Source: Gemmatimonadota bacterium (GTDB lineage: Bacteria; Gemmatimonadota; Gemmatimonadetes; Gemmatimonadales; GWC2-71-9). From it: a stretch of DNA of 64,000 nucleotides. The notes beneath the pieces are model-generated. The model worked only from the letters and a program-made list of their open reading frames with translations, did no database searches and was not told the origin of the DNA. Location: contig JANMXA010000046.1 of assembly GCA_031394255.1 (NCBI GenBank), forward strand, positions 6,753-70,752. Direction: 5' to 3'. The translations under genes were made by a program, and so were the position numbers. How positions within the stretch are numbered: position 1 is the stretch's first letter; each line of letters begins with the position of its first letter. Below, piece by piece: positions 1-12,454 of this stretch.

Positions 1-161
1 GGGCCCGGCGGTTCGAGGCGAGGGGGGCCGGCCCGCTCAATCAGTCGGCCGAGGACGGGGTCGGCCTGGGCGAGATGGGAGGTGGCCGCGGTCCAGCTCA
101 CGCGGGGACCGGCGTCATCGCGCCAGAACAGCGGGGTCGGGGCGGTGCCGGGCAGTGTCAT
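1..161 (-). CDS. 5' part of a probable DNA-3-methyladenine glycosylase (AlkA/HhH-GPD family); runs off the left edge
   Basis: Manual translation from ATG 161: MTLPGTAPTPLFWRDDAGPRVSWTAATSHLAQADPVLGRLIERAGPPRLE. The 'HL..ADPVLG.LIERAGP' segment resembles AlkA-family N-termini. TAGGTT lies 5 nt before the ATG. Not in the ORF track. Confidence 0.55.
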   Translation of the reverse strand, partial: MTLPGTAPTPLFWRDDAGPRVSWTAATSHLAQADPVLGRLIERAGPPRLEPPG

Positions 162-197
162 GCTGGAACCTAAGCGTCGGCGAGAGGAAACGGGCGA

Positions 198-599
198 GTG
201 GCCGTCAAGGTATTGATCGTCGACGATGATCCGGTCGTCCGCAAGCTCCTGAGCCGGTTGCTCGAGAAGCGGTTCGGCGCCGAGGTTCGCGAGGCCGCGG
301 ACGGTTACGCCGGGTTCATGGCAGCCGAGGCGGATCCGCCGGATTTCATGCTGCTCGATGTGTCGATGCCGATCGTGGACGGGCCGGAGTTGCTCGAGAA
401 GCTGCGAGCGGAGGAGCGGTTCGCCCGATTGCCGGTGATGACCATTTCTGCGGCGGGGGAACGGGAGATCGTGATGCGGATGATCGGCCTGGGTGTGATC
501 GACTATCTCCGCAAACCACTGAATCTTGGCGCGGTACAGAAGCGGCTGGAGCGCGTCTTCGCGGCCGCGGGCCTGACGATACCGGAGACGATGCGATGA
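198..599 (+). CDS. Single-domain response regulator (CheY-like receiver)
   Basis: VLIVDDD, LLDVSMP (phospho-Asp), ISA, YLRKP motifs; GAGGA upstream. Confidence 0.9.
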   Translation: MAVKVLIVDDDPVVRKLLSRLLEKRFGAEVREAADGYAGFMAAEADPPDFMLLDVSMPIVDGPELLEKLRAEERFARLPVMTISAAGEREIVMRMIGLGVIDYLRKPLNLGAVQKRLERVFAAAGLTIPETMR

Positions 600-1831
600 A
601 AGTTCTGGTCGTGGAGGATGATGGCACGACTCGGCGGATCCTGAGCCGGCTGCTGAGCAGTTCGTTCGGGGCCGAGGTGGCCGAGGCCTCGAATGGCGTG
701 GAAGCGCTGGTGTATCTCGAGGGAGATACGCCCGATTTGATCGTCACCGACGTGAACATGCCGCTGCTGGATGGGTTCGGTCTGCTCCGGGCCGTCCGGG
801 CGTCTCCGGCCCACGCCGGCATTCCGGTGGTCGCCGTGTCGACCACCAACGAACGAGCCGATGTGGTACGCCTGATCGAGCTCGGCATTGCCGAATACCT
901 GCTCAAACCGCTCGACATGACGGCCGCGTCCAAACGTCTCGCCCGGGTCATCGCCGACATCCGGTCGACAGTGAAGGCGCCACGCCGGCGCGACGGTACC
1001 GACCGCGGACGGCCCAAGCTCCTGCTGGTTGAGCCTGATCCAGACTTTCGCGCGCTGTTCAAGGGGATGCTCGGCGGCGCGTACGAGGTCATCGACGCGT
1101 CCTCGGGTCCCACGGCGCTCGCGCTGGCGGCCGAGCAGGCGCCCGCCGTGGTCTGTCTCAGCGAGGGGCTCGGGCTGCTGAATGAGCGGCTGCTGGCCGG
1201 TCATCTTCGCCAGCTTGCGACTCCTCCGGAGGCCGTGTATCTCTTGCACGCCGCTGACCGGCCCGAGGACGTTGACGGCTTCGACGGGCTGGTCCGCAAG
1301 TCGTTTGCGCCTGAGGTTCTGGCCGAGCGCTGGGCCGCGGTGGCGGCCGGCAGCGACTTGAACACCGCGATCGAGGAAGCGATCACCGCACTCGGCAACG
1401 AGGTGGTGGCGGCCACGATGCAGACCTTCGGGGTGATGACGCAGCAGGACGTTGATCGGCTTCCGGAGGACGATGCCGCGGTATCCACTGAGGTCGGCAT
1501 GGCGGTCCGGTTCGTGGTGGCCGACAGTCAACTGGAACTGACGGTGGCGATCCACGGGCCCAAGGCGGACGGCGAAAAACTGGCGGGGGCGATTCTCGGT
1601 GAGACGACGGCGTGGGAGGACGGGGGAAATGACGCATTCGGCTCGCTGGTGGAAACGCTGGCCGGACGGATCCGCTCATCCTTTGACGCCCGCTCGATCA
1701 GGCTCACCCAGGAGCCGGTCGTCGCCATGTCCCCCGACGGGGTGGGCCCCGCGGGCTTCCACGCCGGGTTCAGGACACCGGCCGGGGAACGATTCGGCGT
1801 CGTGGTGTCCCTCCCCCGGAAAGTGGTCTGA
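596..1831 (+). CDS. Response regulator: receiver + pseudo-receiver + CheX/CheC-like C-terminal domain
   Basis: N-terminal VLVVEDD/TDVNMP/YLLKP; second REC-like LLLVEPD lacking the phospho-Asp; C-terminal LAGAILG...DAFGSLVETLAGRI resembles CheX; ATGA overlap with the upstream gene. Confidence 0.75.
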   Translation: MKVLVVEDDGTTRRILSRLLSSSFGAEVAEASNGVEALVYLEGDTPDLIVTDVNMPLLDGFGLLRAVRASPAHAGIPVVAVSTTNERADVVRLIELGIAEYLLKPLDMTAASKRLARVIADIRSTVKAPRRRDGTDRGRPKLLLVEPDPDFRALFKGMLGGAYEVIDASSGPTALALAAEQAPAVVCLSEGLGLLNERLLAGHLRQLATPPEAVYLLHAADRPEDVDGFDGLVRKSFAPEVLAERWAAVAAGSDLNTAIEEAITALGNEVVAATMQTFGVMTQQDVDRLPEDDAAVSTEVGMAVRFVVADSQLELTVAIHGPKADGEKLAGAILGETTAWEDGGNDAFGSLVETLAGRIRSSFDARSIRLTQEPVVAMSPDGVGPAGFHAGFRTPAGERFGVVVSLPRKVV

Positions 1832-1849
1832 TCGAGCCAGCGGGGCTGG

Positions 1850-2725
1850 ATGACCGGGCGCGATGTCGCGGTCACCCTGGCCGGCGGCGGCAACCGGGCC
1901 TTCTTCCAGTTGGGCCTCCTCAATCAATGGTGGGACGCGCTGGGGCCGCGGGTGGGCGTGATGGCGACTTGCAGTGCCGGTGCCTGCGTGGCGGTGATCT
2001 TCTTCGGCGGCCGGCAGCGCGAGACGCTCGATTTCTGGCTCAAGCGCCGAGCCCATGTGCGGCGGAACATCGACTGGTCGCGCCTGCTATTCGGTGAGCG
2101 ACCAACTCCCCATTTCCCGGTCTATCGCGACACCATCGGTTTCGCGCTCGCGGACGGGGGCTTCGATCGCTTGCGGTCTCAGCCCTTTCCCATCATGGCC
2201 CTCGCCGCCGCGCCACCGCACGCCCTGCCGATCCCGCTGGCGGTGCCGCTGGGCCTCGGGGCTTACTCGCTGGAGCGCTGGCGCCATCCCGGCCGGCTTC
2301 ATCCCGGTTCGGGGCGCCGGCTCGGGTTCGAGCCGGTGGCCAAGGATCTCAGGAGCTGTGAAAGCATCGACGAGTTGTCGGCGTGGGTGTTAGGCTCGTC
2401 GGCCACGCCGCCGTTTACGCCGGTCGGGCTCGTCGACGGGCGCCGGGTGCTGGACGGCGGGCTGGTGGACAACGCGCCCGCCTTCCTCGCCGACAAGGCG
2501 GGGGTCTGGCGCCGGCACCTGGTGGTGCTGACCCGCCAGTACCCGGATCACGTCATGGGACATCACGCCGGCCGTTGGTACCTGTGCCCGAGCGTCGTTC
2601 CTCCGGCCGACCGCTGGGACTACACCAAACCCGACCGGGTGATGGAGACCATCGACCTCGGCGCCGCCGACGCCACTCGGCGGCACCACGAATTTGATCG
2701 CTGGCTTTCAGGGGGTGACCGATGA
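1850..2725 (+). CDS. Patatin-like phospholipase
   Basis: GGGNR Gly-rich loop, CSAG nucleophile elbow, SSATP, DGG motif. Confidence 0.85.
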   Translation: MTGRDVAVTLAGGGNRAFFQLGLLNQWWDALGPRVGVMATCSAGACVAVIFFGGRQRETLDFWLKRRAHVRRNIDWSRLLFGERPTPHFPVYRDTIGFALADGGFDRLRSQPFPIMALAAAPPHALPIPLAVPLGLGAYSLERWRHPGRLHPGSGRRLGFEPVAKDLRSCESIDELSAWVLGSSATPPFTPVGLVDGRRVLDGGLVDNAPAFLADKAGVWRRHLVVLTRQYPDHVMGHHAGRWYLCPSVVPPADRWDYTKPDRVMETIDLGAADATRRHHEFDRWLSGGDR

Positions 2726-4116
2726 ATCTGGACGAATTCCGCCAGGCGGCGCACGTGACGGCCGACTGGATGGCCGACTACCTCCGCGATCTTGGCGAGC
2801 GGCGAGTGGTCTCGTCGGTTGCTCCGGGAGAGGTCCGTCGCCGATTGCCAGTGTCACCACCGCAAGATGGCGTGCCGTTCGATCGGATCCGGACCGACCT
2901 GGACCAGATCATTCTCCCGGGAATGACGCATTGGGGCCATCCGGGGTTCTTCGGATATTTCCCGGCCAATCACAGTCCCCCGTCGATCCTGGCGGAGATG
3001 TTCGTCGCGGCAATGGGCGCCCAGTGCATGTCCTGGCAGACCTCGCCGGCCGCGACGGAACTGGAACAGGTGGTGATGGAATGGCTCCGGCAGATGCTCG
3101 GTCTGCCGGAGGGGTTTACTGGCGTCATTCAGGATTATGCCTCGACCGCAACACTGGTGGCGCTGATCACGGCGCGGGACCAGCTCGCGGCGCCGGTCGA
3201 CCGGGCGACGGTCTATGTGTCGCCGGAGTCGCACTCGTCGGTGGCCAAGGGGGCGCGGCTGGCGGGGTTCCGTCCCGACTTGATCCGGGCAGTGCCGATC
3301 GATGATCGGTACGCGATGCGGGCGGACGCGCTCCGGGAGATGATTGCGGCGGACCGGGCCCAGGGGCTGGTGCCCGCGGCGATCGTGGCCACGCTGGGAA
3401 CGACCTCGTCGACCGCCTTCGATCCGCTCGCCGCCATCGGCCCGATCGCCCGCGAGGCGGGGGCCTGGCTGCATGTGGACGCGGCCTTCGCCGGTTCCGC
3501 GGCGATCGTCCCCGAGTTCAAGTGGATTCTGGAAGGCATCGACCAGGCGGACAGTCTCGTCTTCAATCCGCACAAATGGCTGTTCGTCAACCACGACTGT
3601 TCGGTGTACTTCGTGCGGGATCCGGGCCGGCTGATCCGGTCGTTCGGCGCGTCCGCCGAATACCTCAAGACGCAGTACGACAGTTCGGTCGTGAACTATC
3701 GGGATTGGGGCGTGCCGCTCGGCCGGCGCTTCCGGGCGCTCAAGCTCTGGTTCGTGATCCGGAGTTACGGGGTGGCGGGGCTCCAGGCGCTGATCCGGGA
3801 ACACGTGCGGCTTGGGCACCTGTTTGCCGGCTGGATCGACGCCGATCCGGATTTCGTGCTGGCCGCACCGGCGCCGGTAGGGCTGGTGTGTTTTCGGTGG
3901 GCGCCCCGCGCCGGTGGCCGGTCGGGTGAGGAGCTGGACCATGCCAACCGGTTGCTGCTGGAGCGGATCAACGCGCCCGGCGACCTGTTTCTTACCCACA
4001 CCGCTCTGAGCGGACGCTTCGTGATCCGGCTGGCTCTCGGCCACGAGTCCACGACGGAGGCCGTGGTCCGGCACGTCTGGGCCCGGATCTGCGACGCCGC
4101 GCGGGATCCTGCCTAA
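2722..4116 (+). CDS. PLP-dependent group II decarboxylase (aromatic L-amino acid decarboxylase-like)
   Basis: THWGHP, SPAATELE, WLHVDAAF, NPHKW (PLP Lys), GRRFRALKLW. Confidence 0.92.
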   Translation: MNLDEFRQAAHVTADWMADYLRDLGERRVVSSVAPGEVRRRLPVSPPQDGVPFDRIRTDLDQIILPGMTHWGHPGFFGYFPANHSPPSILAEMFVAAMGAQCMSWQTSPAATELEQVVMEWLRQMLGLPEGFTGVIQDYASTATLVALITARDQLAAPVDRATVYVSPESHSSVAKGARLAGFRPDLIRAVPIDDRYAMRADALREMIAADRAQGLVPAAIVATLGTTSSTAFDPLAAIGPIAREAGAWLHVDAAFAGSAAIVPEFKWILEGIDQADSLVFNPHKWLFVNHDCSVYFVRDPGRLIRSFGASAEYLKTQYDSSVVNYRDWGVPLGRRFRALKLWFVIRSYGVAGLQALIREHVRLGHLFAGWIDADPDFVLAAPAPVGLVCFRWAPRAGGRSGEELDHANRLLLERINAPGDLFLTHTALSGRFVIRLALGHESTTEAVVRHVWARICDAARDPA

Positions 4117-4948
4117 CGCTTCTTCGCCTGGGCCGCCACGGAGGCGGCCAGAATCACGGCCCCGCCCAGCCACTGCCCGGGCGTGAACCGTTCCCCGAAG
4201 GCCAGGATGCTCACCCCAGCGGCGACGACCGGTTCGAGCGCGAAGATCAACGCGGCCTCCGTCGCCCTGACGAGGCGCTGCCCCATCAACTGGCCGCCGA
4301 ATGACGCCACCGAGGCCAGCGCCAGGAACGGCGTGAGGGTCAACGTCGTGAGGTTGAGTTCGATTCGGGGATGTTCGAACGCTACCGTGGCAAGGGCCGC
4401 CAACCCAGCGATCGCGACGAGTTGCACGGCCAGGAGCCGCATTGGGTCATGGCGCGGCCCAATGTGGCTGGCGAGCACGACATAGAAGGCGGCGAGGGTA
4501 CCGCTACCCAGGGTCGCGAGATCCCCGATCCCGAACCCGGCCGCTCCACCGGCGGGACGAGTGAGCCACCAGGCACCGAGCATCGCGGCGGTGACGGCGA
4601 CCATGTCCCGTGCGGTCGGCGCCCGGCGGTGGGCGGCCAGTACCAGGATCGGGACGAGCGGGGTCTGGACACCGAACAGAAAGGCCGATCGGCCGGGGTC
4701 AATCCGGGCCAGCCCGATGTAGAAAAGGGCCAGTTGGGCCGCGAAGAGCGAGCCGAGGGACAGCCCCACGACCCAGTCGTTCCGGGTGGTCGATCGGTAG
4801 ACCCGGGAGAGGAGCAGGGCCGCGCAGCCGAACCGGAGGGACATGAACAGCAGCGGCGTGGTGTACGCCAGGGCCATCTTGTTGAGGACGAACGAGGCGC
4901 CCCAGATGAAGGTGCACCCCAAAAGGATCCACACCGCACGACGATGGG

Positions 4949-4952
<4 letters not shown>
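4113..4952 (-). CDS. EamA/DMT family transporter
   Basis: IWGASF..K, RF, ~10 hydrophobic segments, FALEPVVA...GE; start set at GTG 4952, overlapping the uvrA stop. Confidence 0.85.
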
Positions 4953-7735
<2,783 letters not shown>

Positions 7736-7781
7736 AACCGGGGAAAATAACCTTGCGGGGGGTTAACTTCCGACCGGAACC

Positions 7782-8852
7782 ATGGCCAAACTCCTCACGC
7801 CCAAGGTACTGCTCCGGGGACTCGAGCTATTCATGCTCGCCTCGGTGGCGAGTTTTGGCGGCGTGCTGATCTACAGCAAGAGCTCCACCGCCTTTCTCCA
7901 GGCCATCCCCTCGATCAAATGGGGCTGGATCGTCGTCAGCATCGGCCTGGCGTCGCTGGACTGGGTCGGCGGTGGCCTTCGGAACTACATCCTCGCCCTT
8001 AACGTGATGGAGCGGCCGCCGCTCAAGGGCATGTTCATGGCCGGCGGGATGAGCGCCTGGGCGGCCTATCTCACCCCCGTGCAGTCCGGGGCGGCGCCCA
8101 TGATGGTCTATACGATGAAGCGCCATGGCGTCCCGGTGCCGGTCGGCCTCACCGTGACATTCATGAGCTTCATCGCGACGGTCGCGTTCTTCGCGATCGC
8201 CGGCCCGATCGCCATCGTGGCCGGGGCCGGCCATTCCCTTGGCACTCACGGGGTGGCGCTGGGGATTTCCCTGTACGACCTGTTCATCGGCAGCCTGTCG
8301 ATCTTCTGTGTTCTTGGCGTCCTGTTTCTGATCGTGATCCTGTTCCCCGGGTTCGTCCGGGATCTGGTGCACCGGCTGGCGCTGTCACTCGGCCGCCGGA
8401 GCAAGCGAATCGGGGCTCGCATCGAGTCGCTGGAGCGGGGGATCGACCAGACCCATGCGGCGGTCGCCAGATTCAATTCGCCGAAGGGTTGGCTGGCCCT
8501 GTTCCTGGCGACGGTGTTGTCGGGGCCGTCCCATGCCAACAAGCTCCTGGCCGGCTATGTCGCGCTCCGGGCGATCGGGATCGAGGCCCAGTTCTTCGAT
8601 GTCCTCCTGCTCAACACCTTCATCACCTTCGTCCTGTATTTCTTCGCGCCGACCCCCGGGGGGGCGGGGATCGGCGAGCTGCTGTCGACGGCGGTGATGT
8701 CGATCTACGTGCCTCAGGCGATTTCTCCGCTGTACATCCTGCTGTGGCGCCTGATGATCAGCTGGTATACGGTCGCCTTCGGCTCATTCGTCTTCTGGCG
8801 CTGGGTCCGGTCCGGTCTCAAGGGGATCGACGATGATCCGATCGCGACGTGA
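7782..8852 (+). CDS. Lysylphosphatidylglycerol-synthase transmembrane (UPF0104/flippase-like) membrane protein
   Basis: Multi-TM; LTPVQSGAAP, PTPGGAGIGE and LLWRL motifs. Confidence 0.78.
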   Translation: MAKLLTPKVLLRGLELFMLASVASFGGVLIYSKSSTAFLQAIPSIKWGWIVVSIGLASLDWVGGGLRNYILALNVMERPPLKGMFMAGGMSAWAAYLTPVQSGAAPMMVYTMKRHGVPVPVGLTVTFMSFIATVAFFAIAGPIAIVAGAGHSLGTHGVALGISLYDLFIGSLSIFCVLGVLFLIVILFPGFVRDLVHRLALSLGRRSKRIGARIESLERGIDQTHAAVARFNSPKGWLALFLATVLSGPSHANKLLAGYVALRAIGIEAQFFDVLLLNTFITFVLYFFAPTPGGAGIGELLSTAVMSIYVPQAISPLYILLWRLMISWYTVAFGSFVFWRWVRSGLKGIDDDPIAT

Positions 8853-10621
8853 GTCAGCTGGATTCCGATGACATTCCCGCCGGCCTGATCGACGGGCGGC
8901 TGCTGCGGCGGCTCCTGGGGTACCTCAAGCCCTACCGGCGCTCCGTCGCCCTGGCAATCGGTCTCCTCTCCATTCACGCGGCTCTCGCGATCATCGGCCC
9001 CGCGATGACCCAGCGCGCCCTCGACCACGCCGTGCCTGCCCGGGATTTTGGGCTCCTTGGCCGGTACGCCGCCATCTACGTCGCGGCGCTGCTCGGCACG
9101 CTGGCTGTGGACTATGCCCAGGTCATCCTCACGACGCGGATCGGCCAGCGGGCGATGTACGACCTTCGGATGGCCATCTTCGATCATTTGAACCGGCTGC
9201 CGATCGGCTATTTCGACCGGAACCCGGTCGGCCGGTTGATGACCAGAGTCACCTCGGATGTGGAAACGCTGAACGACCTGTTCAGTTCCGGGGTCGTGAA
9301 CGTGTTCGGCGACTTGTTCACGCTGGTGGCGATCGCCGCGATGATGCTGGCGACGGACTGGCGCCTGGCCTTGGTGTCGTTTCTGGTCATGCCGGTGATG
9401 TGGCTGGTGGTGTCCGTGTTCCGGCGCCACATCCGCGAGGCGTTCCGGGATATCCGGACCCGGGTGGCGCGGCTCAACAGCTTCATGCAGGAACATCTGG
9501 CTGGAGTCCAGGTCATCCAGCTGTTCTCCCGGCAACGCGATGCCGCCGCCGAGTTCGACGCCGTCAACGCGGCCCATCTGGAGGCCCATCAGCGATCGAT
9601 CACGATCTACGCGGTGTTCTTTCCGATGTTCGAGTTGGTCACGGCCGTCGCCCTTGCCCTGCTGCTGGCCAATGGGGGTGTCCGGATCGCTGCCGGAACC
9701 GCGACGGTCGGGGTCCTCGCGGCGTTCATCCAGTTGACCCGGCGATTCTTTCAACCGCTCCAGGATCTGTCGGAAAAAGTCAACCTGCTCCAGAACGCCA
9801 TGGCAAGTTCGGAACGGATCTTCCGGCTGCTCGATACGCCGGTCGGCATGCCCGCGGCCGACCATCCGGTCGCGTTGCCGACCCCGCTGCGGGGCGAGAT
9901 CGCGTTCGATCACGTGTGGTTTCGGTACGACGACCAGGGTCCGTGGGTTCTCGAAGATGTGAGTTTCACGGCCCCCGCCGGGGAGACGACCGCGGTGGTC
10001 GGTCACACCGGGGCCGGGAAAACGACCGTGGTGAGCCTGTTGCTCCGGTACTACGATGTCACGCGCGGGCGGATCACGCTGGATGGCGTCGATATCCGCG
10101 AGTTGGACGTGGCGACCCTGCGCCGCCAGTTCGGGTTTGTTCAGCAGGACCTCTTCCTGTTCACCGGCGATATCCTGCGGAACCTGGCACTCGATCCGGG
10201 GGTGGGCGAAACCCAGGTCGAGGCGGCCATGGCCCGCGTCGGGGTCGACGGGCTGGTCGGGCGGCTGCCTGGCGGGCTCCGGCACGTCCTGGCGGAACGA
10301 GGCCGGAACCTGTCGGTCGGCGAGCGGCAACTGCTCAGCTTTGCCCGGGCCCTGGCACGCGATCCGAGAATCCTGCTGCTCGACGAAGCGACCAGTTCGG
10401 TCGATTCCGAGTCGGAGGCCCGGATTCAGCGCGGGATTGCCGAGCTGATGAAGGACCGGACCTCGGTGGTGGTCGCCCACCGGCTCAGCACGATTCAGAG
10501 TGCCCGGCAGATCCTCGTAATGCACCACGGGCGGGTGGTGGAGCGGGGGTGTCATGACGATCTCGTCAAGGGGGACGGCATCTACCGGCGGCTCTACCGG
10601 CTCCAGGTTGGCGGGGCCTGA
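8849..10621 (+). CDS. ABC exporter, fused TMD-NBD (MsbA/MdlB-like)
   Basis: N-terminal TM domain; GHTGAGKT Walker A, LSVGERQ signature, LLLDEATS, VAHRLSTI. Confidence 0.93.
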   Translation: MSQLDSDDIPAGLIDGRLLRRLLGYLKPYRRSVALAIGLLSIHAALAIIGPAMTQRALDHAVPARDFGLLGRYAAIYVAALLGTLAVDYAQVILTTRIGQRAMYDLRMAIFDHLNRLPIGYFDRNPVGRLMTRVTSDVETLNDLFSSGVVNVFGDLFTLVAIAAMMLATDWRLALVSFLVMPVMWLVVSVFRRHIREAFRDIRTRVARLNSFMQEHLAGVQVIQLFSRQRDAAAEFDAVNAAHLEAHQRSITIYAVFFPMFELVTAVALALLLANGGVRIAAGTATVGVLAAFIQLTRRFFQPLQDLSEKVNLLQNAMASSERIFRLLDTPVGMPAADHPVALPTPLRGEIAFDHVWFRYDDQGPWVLEDVSFTAPAGETTAVVGHTGAGKTTVVSLLLRYYDVTRGRITLDGVDIRELDVATLRRQFGFVQQDLFLFTGDILRNLALDPGVGETQVEAAMARVGVDGLVGRLPGGLRHVLAERGRNLSVGERQLLSFARALARDPRILLLDEATSSVDSESEARIQRGIAELMKDRTSVVVAHRLSTIQSARQILVMHHGRVVERGCHDDLVKGDGIYRRLYRLQVGGA

Positions 10622-10625
10622 ATTC

Positions 10626-10654
10626 TTGCTAACCCGCCGAGGTCGCCCTACGTT
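10626..10654 (+). promoter_or_regulatory. Candidate sigma70 promoter of the FHA-PP2C operon
   Basis: TTGCTA-N17-TACGTT. Confidence 0.5.
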
Positions 10655-10779
10655 TGTGGCCCACGCTGCAGGGTCGAGAACCACTCGAACGGCGGACGGG
10701 CGTCAGGGTGGCGGCAAGGGGCGGGCAAAGGTCCGCCCTTTGGGCCGCCCATTGGGGGAATCGCGATCGATCGCATGAA

Positions 10780-11703
10780 ATGCTCGTGAACGACCAAGCC
10801 AAAATCCAGCCTGCCACCGCGCAGCGAACTTCCCTCGTTCCGGCCGACCCGATCGAGGGCGCCGGTCGTCTGGTCAGTTTGGCCGACGGACGGGAGCACC
10901 GGATCGTGGTGGTGCCGTTCGTGCTGGGACGGGACGTCAGCGCCCAGGTGGTGCTTGGTTCGCCCGACGCGTCGCGGAGGCATGCCGAGGTCGTCACGCG
11001 GCCGGACGGCGATGTGCTGATCGACTGGTCCGCCAACGGGACCTTCGTCAACGGGGTCCGGATCGAAGGCCGTCAGCCCCTCAAGCCCCTGGATGTCATC
11101 CGGATCGGGTCGGAAGAGTTCCGGTATTACCCCGGGACCGACCTGGCGCCCAGTCCCGCCCACCGACTCAACAACACCCTCGCGGGCTTCCCGTCACTCG
11201 GCCTGGCGGTGTCGCCGATCCCCGTGGTCCGGTCGCTGGCAACCATCCGGGTGAAACGGGGACCGGCGAAGGGCGCTCGGTTCGCCATTCGTGCGCCGAT
11301 TGCCACGTTCGGGAGGGCCGAGGCGAACGACGTTCGGATCGACGACCCGAGCATCAGCGCGTCTCACGCCCGGCTGATGTTGATGGAGGGCGTCTGGACG
11401 CTGCAGGATCTCGGGTCCACCAACGGCACGGTGGTCGATGGCATCCGCATGACCGAGGACGTCGCCCTCTCGCCCGGCGCCACCATCGAACTCGGCGTCG
11501 TGGCTCTGTCGTTCGAACCGCATGACGAACCGACACCCGCAGCCAGCCGGCCGCTACGGATGCCGGCCGAATCGCCGCGGGCCCCCTCGGCACCGATCAT
11601 TCTCGAAACGGGGCGGGAAACCGCGCCCCGGTTCCGCCTCCTCCTACCGCTGGCGATTCTGGTTCTGCTTGCAGGCCTCGCCGCCCTGATCTTCCTGGTG
11701 TAG
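10780..11703 (+). CDS. Double-FHA domain protein with C-terminal TM anchor
   Basis: FHA1 LGR...SRRH...SANGTFVNG; FHA2 FGR...SASH...STNGTVVDG; hydrophobic C-terminus; start (ATG 10780) uncertain. Confidence 0.85.
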   Translation: MLVNDQAKIQPATAQRTSLVPADPIEGAGRLVSLADGREHRIVVVPFVLGRDVSAQVVLGSPDASRRHAEVVTRPDGDVLIDWSANGTFVNGVRIEGRQPLKPLDVIRIGSEEFRYYPGTDLAPSPAHRLNNTLAGFPSLGLAVSPIPVVRSLATIRVKRGPAKGARFAIRAPIATFGRAEANDVRIDDPSISASHARLMLMEGVWTLQDLGSTNGTVVDGIRMTEDVALSPGATIELGVVALSFEPHDEPTPAASRPLRMPAESPRAPSAPIILETGRETAPRFRLLLPLAILVLLAGLAALIFLV

Positions 11704-11706
11704 CCG

Positions 11707-12447
11707 ATGCTGATTTCGTGTGCCGGAGACACCCACGTCGGGGTCGTGCGCAGTGGCAACGAGGATAGCTTCCTCCTCGATTTCCGCCGCGGTGTCTTCA
11801 TCGTCGCCGACGGGATGGGGGGCCATGCGGCCGGTGAGGTCGCGAGCGAGATGGCGGTCGAGATCATTGCGCGGGAGGTCGGAACCCTGAAGGGCCTGAC
11901 CGACGCCGAGACCTTCGACCGGCTCCGGGCATCGATCCGCACGGCCAATCAGGCGATCTACGAGCGGACGCTGGCCGAAGTCGACAAGCGCGGCATGGGC
12001 ACCACCACGACCGTGCTGGCCCTGACTTCCAATCGGTACCTGATCGGCCAGGTGGGCGACAGCCGGGCCTATCTGCTTCGGGGCGGGACCCTGGTCCAGG
12101 TGACCAAGGACCACAGTTACGTGCAGGAGCAGGTGGATGCCGGATTGCTGACCCAGGAACAGGCCAGAACCCATCCCTACAGCAACGTGATTACCCGTTG
12201 CGTCGGCGCCAACGAGGACGTCGTGCCGGACGTCTACTTCGGCAATCTCGAACGAGGCGATGTCCTGTTGATCGCTTCGGACGGGCTGACCGGGATGCTC
12301 GAAGACGATCAACTCGGGCGGATCCTGACGGCCGACGGGACACCCGAGGTTTCGATCAGCCGGATGATCGCCGAGGCCAATCGGCGGGGCGGGCTCGACA
12401 ACATCACGGCCATCATCGTCCGGGTGGACGAGATCGACCCGGCCTGA
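11707..12447 (+). CDS. PP2C/PPM Ser/Thr phosphatase (Stp1/PrpC family)
   Basis: RSGNED, VADGMGGHAAGEVAS, MGTT, VGDSRAY, SDGL, GGLDNIT. Confidence 0.95.
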   Translation: MLISCAGDTHVGVVRSGNEDSFLLDFRRGVFIVADGMGGHAAGEVASEMAVEIIAREVGTLKGLTDAETFDRLRASIRTANQAIYERTLAEVDKRGMGTTTTVLALTSNRYLIGQVGDSRAYLLRGGTLVQVTKDHSYVQEQVDAGLLTQEQARTHPYSNVITRCVGANEDVVPDVYFGNLERGDVLLIASDGLTGMLEDDQLGRILTADGTPEVSISRMIAEANRRGGLDNITAIIVRVDEIDPA

Positions 12448-12454
12448 TCCGGGC

